Assembly: GCA_964247055.1 (NCBI GenBank)
Contig: OZ176055.1
Location: 2,232,001-2,296,000 of the forward strand
Length of the DNA stretch: 64,000 nt
Direction of reading: 5' to 3'
Source of the DNA: Paragordius varius
Taxonomy: Eukaryota > Animalia > Nematomorpha
Made by a program: the position numbers and the translations under genes. This document shows positions 61,252-64,000 of the stretch, piece after piece; positions within the stretch are counted from its first letter, which is position 1, and each line of letters opens with the position of its first letter. The notes under the pieces are model-generated. The model had not been told where the DNA came from, did not search any database, and was given only the letters and a program-made list of their open reading frames with translations.

Positions 61252-62334
61252 TATTTCGAATAACTTTATTAAATTTTGTGTAAAAATACAAGATTTGTAG
61301 TTAAGATTAATATTTATAAAGATATAATATTAAAACACTTACTAAAGCTCTCAAATGGCGCTATAATATAAATAAAATTAATACCTTAACGAAAAATAAA
61401 TGGAGTATTTTTTATTTTACCAAATTTCAGAAATCCTGTAGCTGTAAAATCTTTTCCAGGAGTATGAAGAGTTATGTTAATTTCATAGGACCCCGATCTT
61501 GGAAATTGGACAGTAAATATATTCTGGAAAATAATCAAGAATATGTAGCATATTGTGTCTCATTATAAAATATAATAAATTAGCAAATTAAAAAAGAAAT
61601 GCAACTATATATATTTATGATTGATTTTGAAGTCGGAATCGCTGGTCATAAAATTTATGTTGTTTTTATCAATACACAACATATGTTTATAAAATTTAAA
61701 TTTTAACGTTTTACAGTTTCAATACAAAAGTCAAAATTTAAATAAATGAAATCTAGCATCCGTAGTAAATTTCATGGGACTGAAATTTCATATGGGTTGA
61801 AGGAAACTTTAAAAATTGAGGTAGACACAGTAGAACAACTGGCAGGGGGAAAGAGTCCAGTTAAAAACAATTTATTATTTTTGAGCAGCAAATTTAATAG
61901 GATAAATATTAATTTTTAAGTATCTCTAACGGTATGCATTACTAACACCAAAATTTACTCAAATCATAGCGTTTTACATAATATAAAATTAACATACTTT
62001 TTTAAGAGTTTGGCTGGCAATCATATTTTGACTCTCATCCTGGAAGATGTAAGATATTGCCGTAATCACAGGTAATGTAGTGTTAACTAAAAAATCACGT
62101 TCAAGACCCCGACCATACACTATGAGTCCTATTTCAACATTTTCTGCAAGCAGTGATATATATTTTCATGTGTATTTTTTTCAAAACAAATTTAGCTATA
62201 TATGAAAACTTTATAATAAAAATGAAAATTTCGCTTTTTTTTATATTATATACAGCGTGCTAATACTAACCGAGGCTTTTGGATAGATATCCATTCAGGA
62301 ACAATAGGCAAGAAAGAATAGTAATTGATGGCAT
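58763..62334 (-). CDS. Putative secreted glycoprotein (beta-rich, possibly PKD/Ig-like N-terminal domain) with short symmetric exons; 3' end not found
   Basis: Exons 62334-62271, 62143-61998, 61523-61421, 61360-61343, 58902-58876 and 58789-58763 join in frame with GT-AG ends: MPSITILSCLLFLNGYLSKSL-ENVEIGLIVYGRGLERDFLVNTTLPVITAISYIFQDESQNMIASQTLKKNIFTVQFPRSGSYEINITLHTPGKDFTATGFLKFAPFESFNITTTLTHQENKTDFESN. Signal-peptide-like start and four N-X-T sequons. Confidence 0.68.
59824..60959 (-). mobile_element. Non-autonomous Helitron-like element with internal 480-510 bp tandem repeats
   Basis: Minus strand: A|TCTATATATTTATAAAAATGG 5' end at 60959. 3' hairpin CTCGgGCTGC-GTA-GCAGCaCGAG, then ATTTACG-CTAC|T at 59824. 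Inserted between A and T with no TSD. About 2.1 tandem units start near 59884, 60366 and 60876. Confidence 0.78.
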
Positions 62335-62390
62335 TTTCCGATTAAAAATAGCGAGAAATAAAATTTCAAAAGTATTTTTTATTAAAACTT

Positions 62391-63567
62391 AGTGCTATAT
62401 ATACATATAAATGAATATACGATTGATTGTTGAAGCAAAATGTTGACGTCTGTATTTTTTAGTAATGTGTAAAACAACATTGAAAAACAACATTTACAGG
62501 TAGTATATTTAGTTATAAACATATCGCCGTATAACAATATAACTCCATTTAGATTTCGATTTTTTACTGATTGATTAGTTATACCAGCTAAGCTATATTA
62601 TTAGGGGCTGATAAATTAAAGTTAGATATTTAATGTCTATAAAAATAGAAAACTGGTAATTTTTATTGCGTGTGTGAGTCAGAAACGTTCTGTTTATAAT
62701 TTATTAGTATTTGGCATTCACCAATTTTTTGGATATTAAATTTAGGTATGTAAATATTTATCTGGGAAAATTAATTATCTTATTTTTAAATACAATAAAA
62801 AATCAATAAGCAATAATAGTTCAAAACTCGTGTATTTTAATATGTTATTTTTCCTTTTATTAACGATTATATATATAATTTTACAGTAGCGTATGGAGTA
62901 AAAAATTGTTAGTGCAAAATAAAATAAAAAAACACTTTTTAAAAAAAAACAGGGGGATATTATGGATAGTTTATACAAAATTAGGGGACATTGATATATG
63001 TAAAAAGTGCGCATTTTTTTAAATTAAAAATAAGTGTAACATAATTTCCCAGATAAAAAAGTTAAATTTTTATTTCATGGTAGAATTATATAAATTACAC
63101 CGTATGGTGAATAATAATCTCGTATGTTAAAATAGAAATAGAGAATGCAATTGTTTAATTAAATACATTAGTGTTTTAAAACTATATGGAACTGTATACT
63201 ACAATTATACAAAATAATAAAAATAACTTGCTTTTCTCGATCTATTAAAAACTGAATATGCGTGGGGTGAAAAATAAACGTATTTTTAAAATTTGGGATT
63301 TTTTGTATTAAAAAAATTACAACAGTTTACTTGTTAACACTTGGATACAACATATAGCTTAGCTGGTACAAGACTAATCAATCAGTAAAAAATCTAAATC
63401 TAAATGGAGTTATATTGTTATACGGCGATATGTTTATAACTAAATATACTACCTGGACATGTTTTTCAATGTTGTTTTACACATTACTAAAAAATACAGA
63501 CGTTAGTTAGATTACAACATTTTGCGTAAACAATCAATCGTATATCCATTTATTTGTATATATAGTA
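62391..63567. repeat. Inverted repeat pair (arms of about 200 bp, spacer about 750 bp), probable MITE/foldback
   Basis: 62395-62600 is the near-perfect reverse complement of 63351-63565 (e.g. ATCGCCGTATAACAATATAACTCCATTTAG). A 15-bp family A end stub (TTAA|CACTTGGATACAACA, 63338-63352) abuts the right arm. Confidence 0.75.
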
Positions 63568-64000
63568 ATGTGACCAGATCGGCTGTTTTTCGCAGTACAG
63601 TACTGAATTTTCAGAAAAAAAACTGCGACTGTACTGCGCCCACTTTTATACTGCTTTTTGAAATTAAAAAAAATCAATTTTTATAAATATATATTAATTA
63701 CCTTTTATTTATTCAAAAAAATTATTTTAGAATTTGATATAGTATCCACTGTAAAATAACCTCATAATTTGTAAAGAAAGTGTTCATTTTTCGGTAAAAA
63801 ACTAAGATTGGCCTATTTTTAATCGGTTAATATTTATTTTCTGCTCGAATTTACATAAAATTGGATTTTGGATCGGTGAGTCTGCTTATGATCAGCCTTT
63901 CGCGCAGTGGTGAAACTATAAATTACGGGCTCCACAGTAAGATTCAGGTAATGGCTCTTTCACCCAGGGCTTTCAAAAGAGGTGCCTCAATATTTAATTA

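Noticed and set aside
61746-61930. Short plus-strand ORF (MKSSIRSKFHG...) and a possible extra minus-strand exon in the same DNA
   Set aside because: The plus ORF has no supporting features, and the minus-strand reading needs a frameshift. The flanking exons of gene 4 join in phase 0 without it.
63831-64000. Open plus-strand frame with donor-like GT sites at the window edge
   Set aside because: Truncated by the window end, no recognisable motif, and strand and frame are ambiguous.

Overview
Very AT-rich eukaryotic, probably invertebrate, genomic DNA; the species cannot be identified from the sequence. I rebuilt four minus-strand spliced genes by hand. (1) A secreted, low-complexity Gly/Pro/Asn/Arg-rich protein of about 770 aa (2619-5575). 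(2) An 18-exon salt-inducible kinase (SIK family, about 1530 aa, 9353-21536). (3) A gene almost invisible to the ORF track (about 34654-52014). It has a signal peptide, an N-glycosylated N-terminal domain and a furin site, followed by a run of about 20 symmetric phase-1 exons, most only 6-36 nt, and several 29-37 nt introns. This resembles schistosome micro-exon genes. (4) A second secreted gene with short symmetric exons (58763-62334), which may be separate from gene 3 or its 5' part. From about 21.6 kb onward the non-exonic DNA is a dense mosaic of nested, mostly palindromic non-autonomous DNA transposons. These include TTAA-flanked piggyBac-like MITEs, TA-flanked Tc1/mariner-like MITEs and foldbacks (one a 3.8 kb palindrome), a clade of TATA|CCATTT-ended elements with 21-bp subterminal arrays, hAT elements (one nearly intact but frameshifted) and a Helitron-like element. 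All gene models rest on splice-site and reading-frame inspection only and need RNA evidence.
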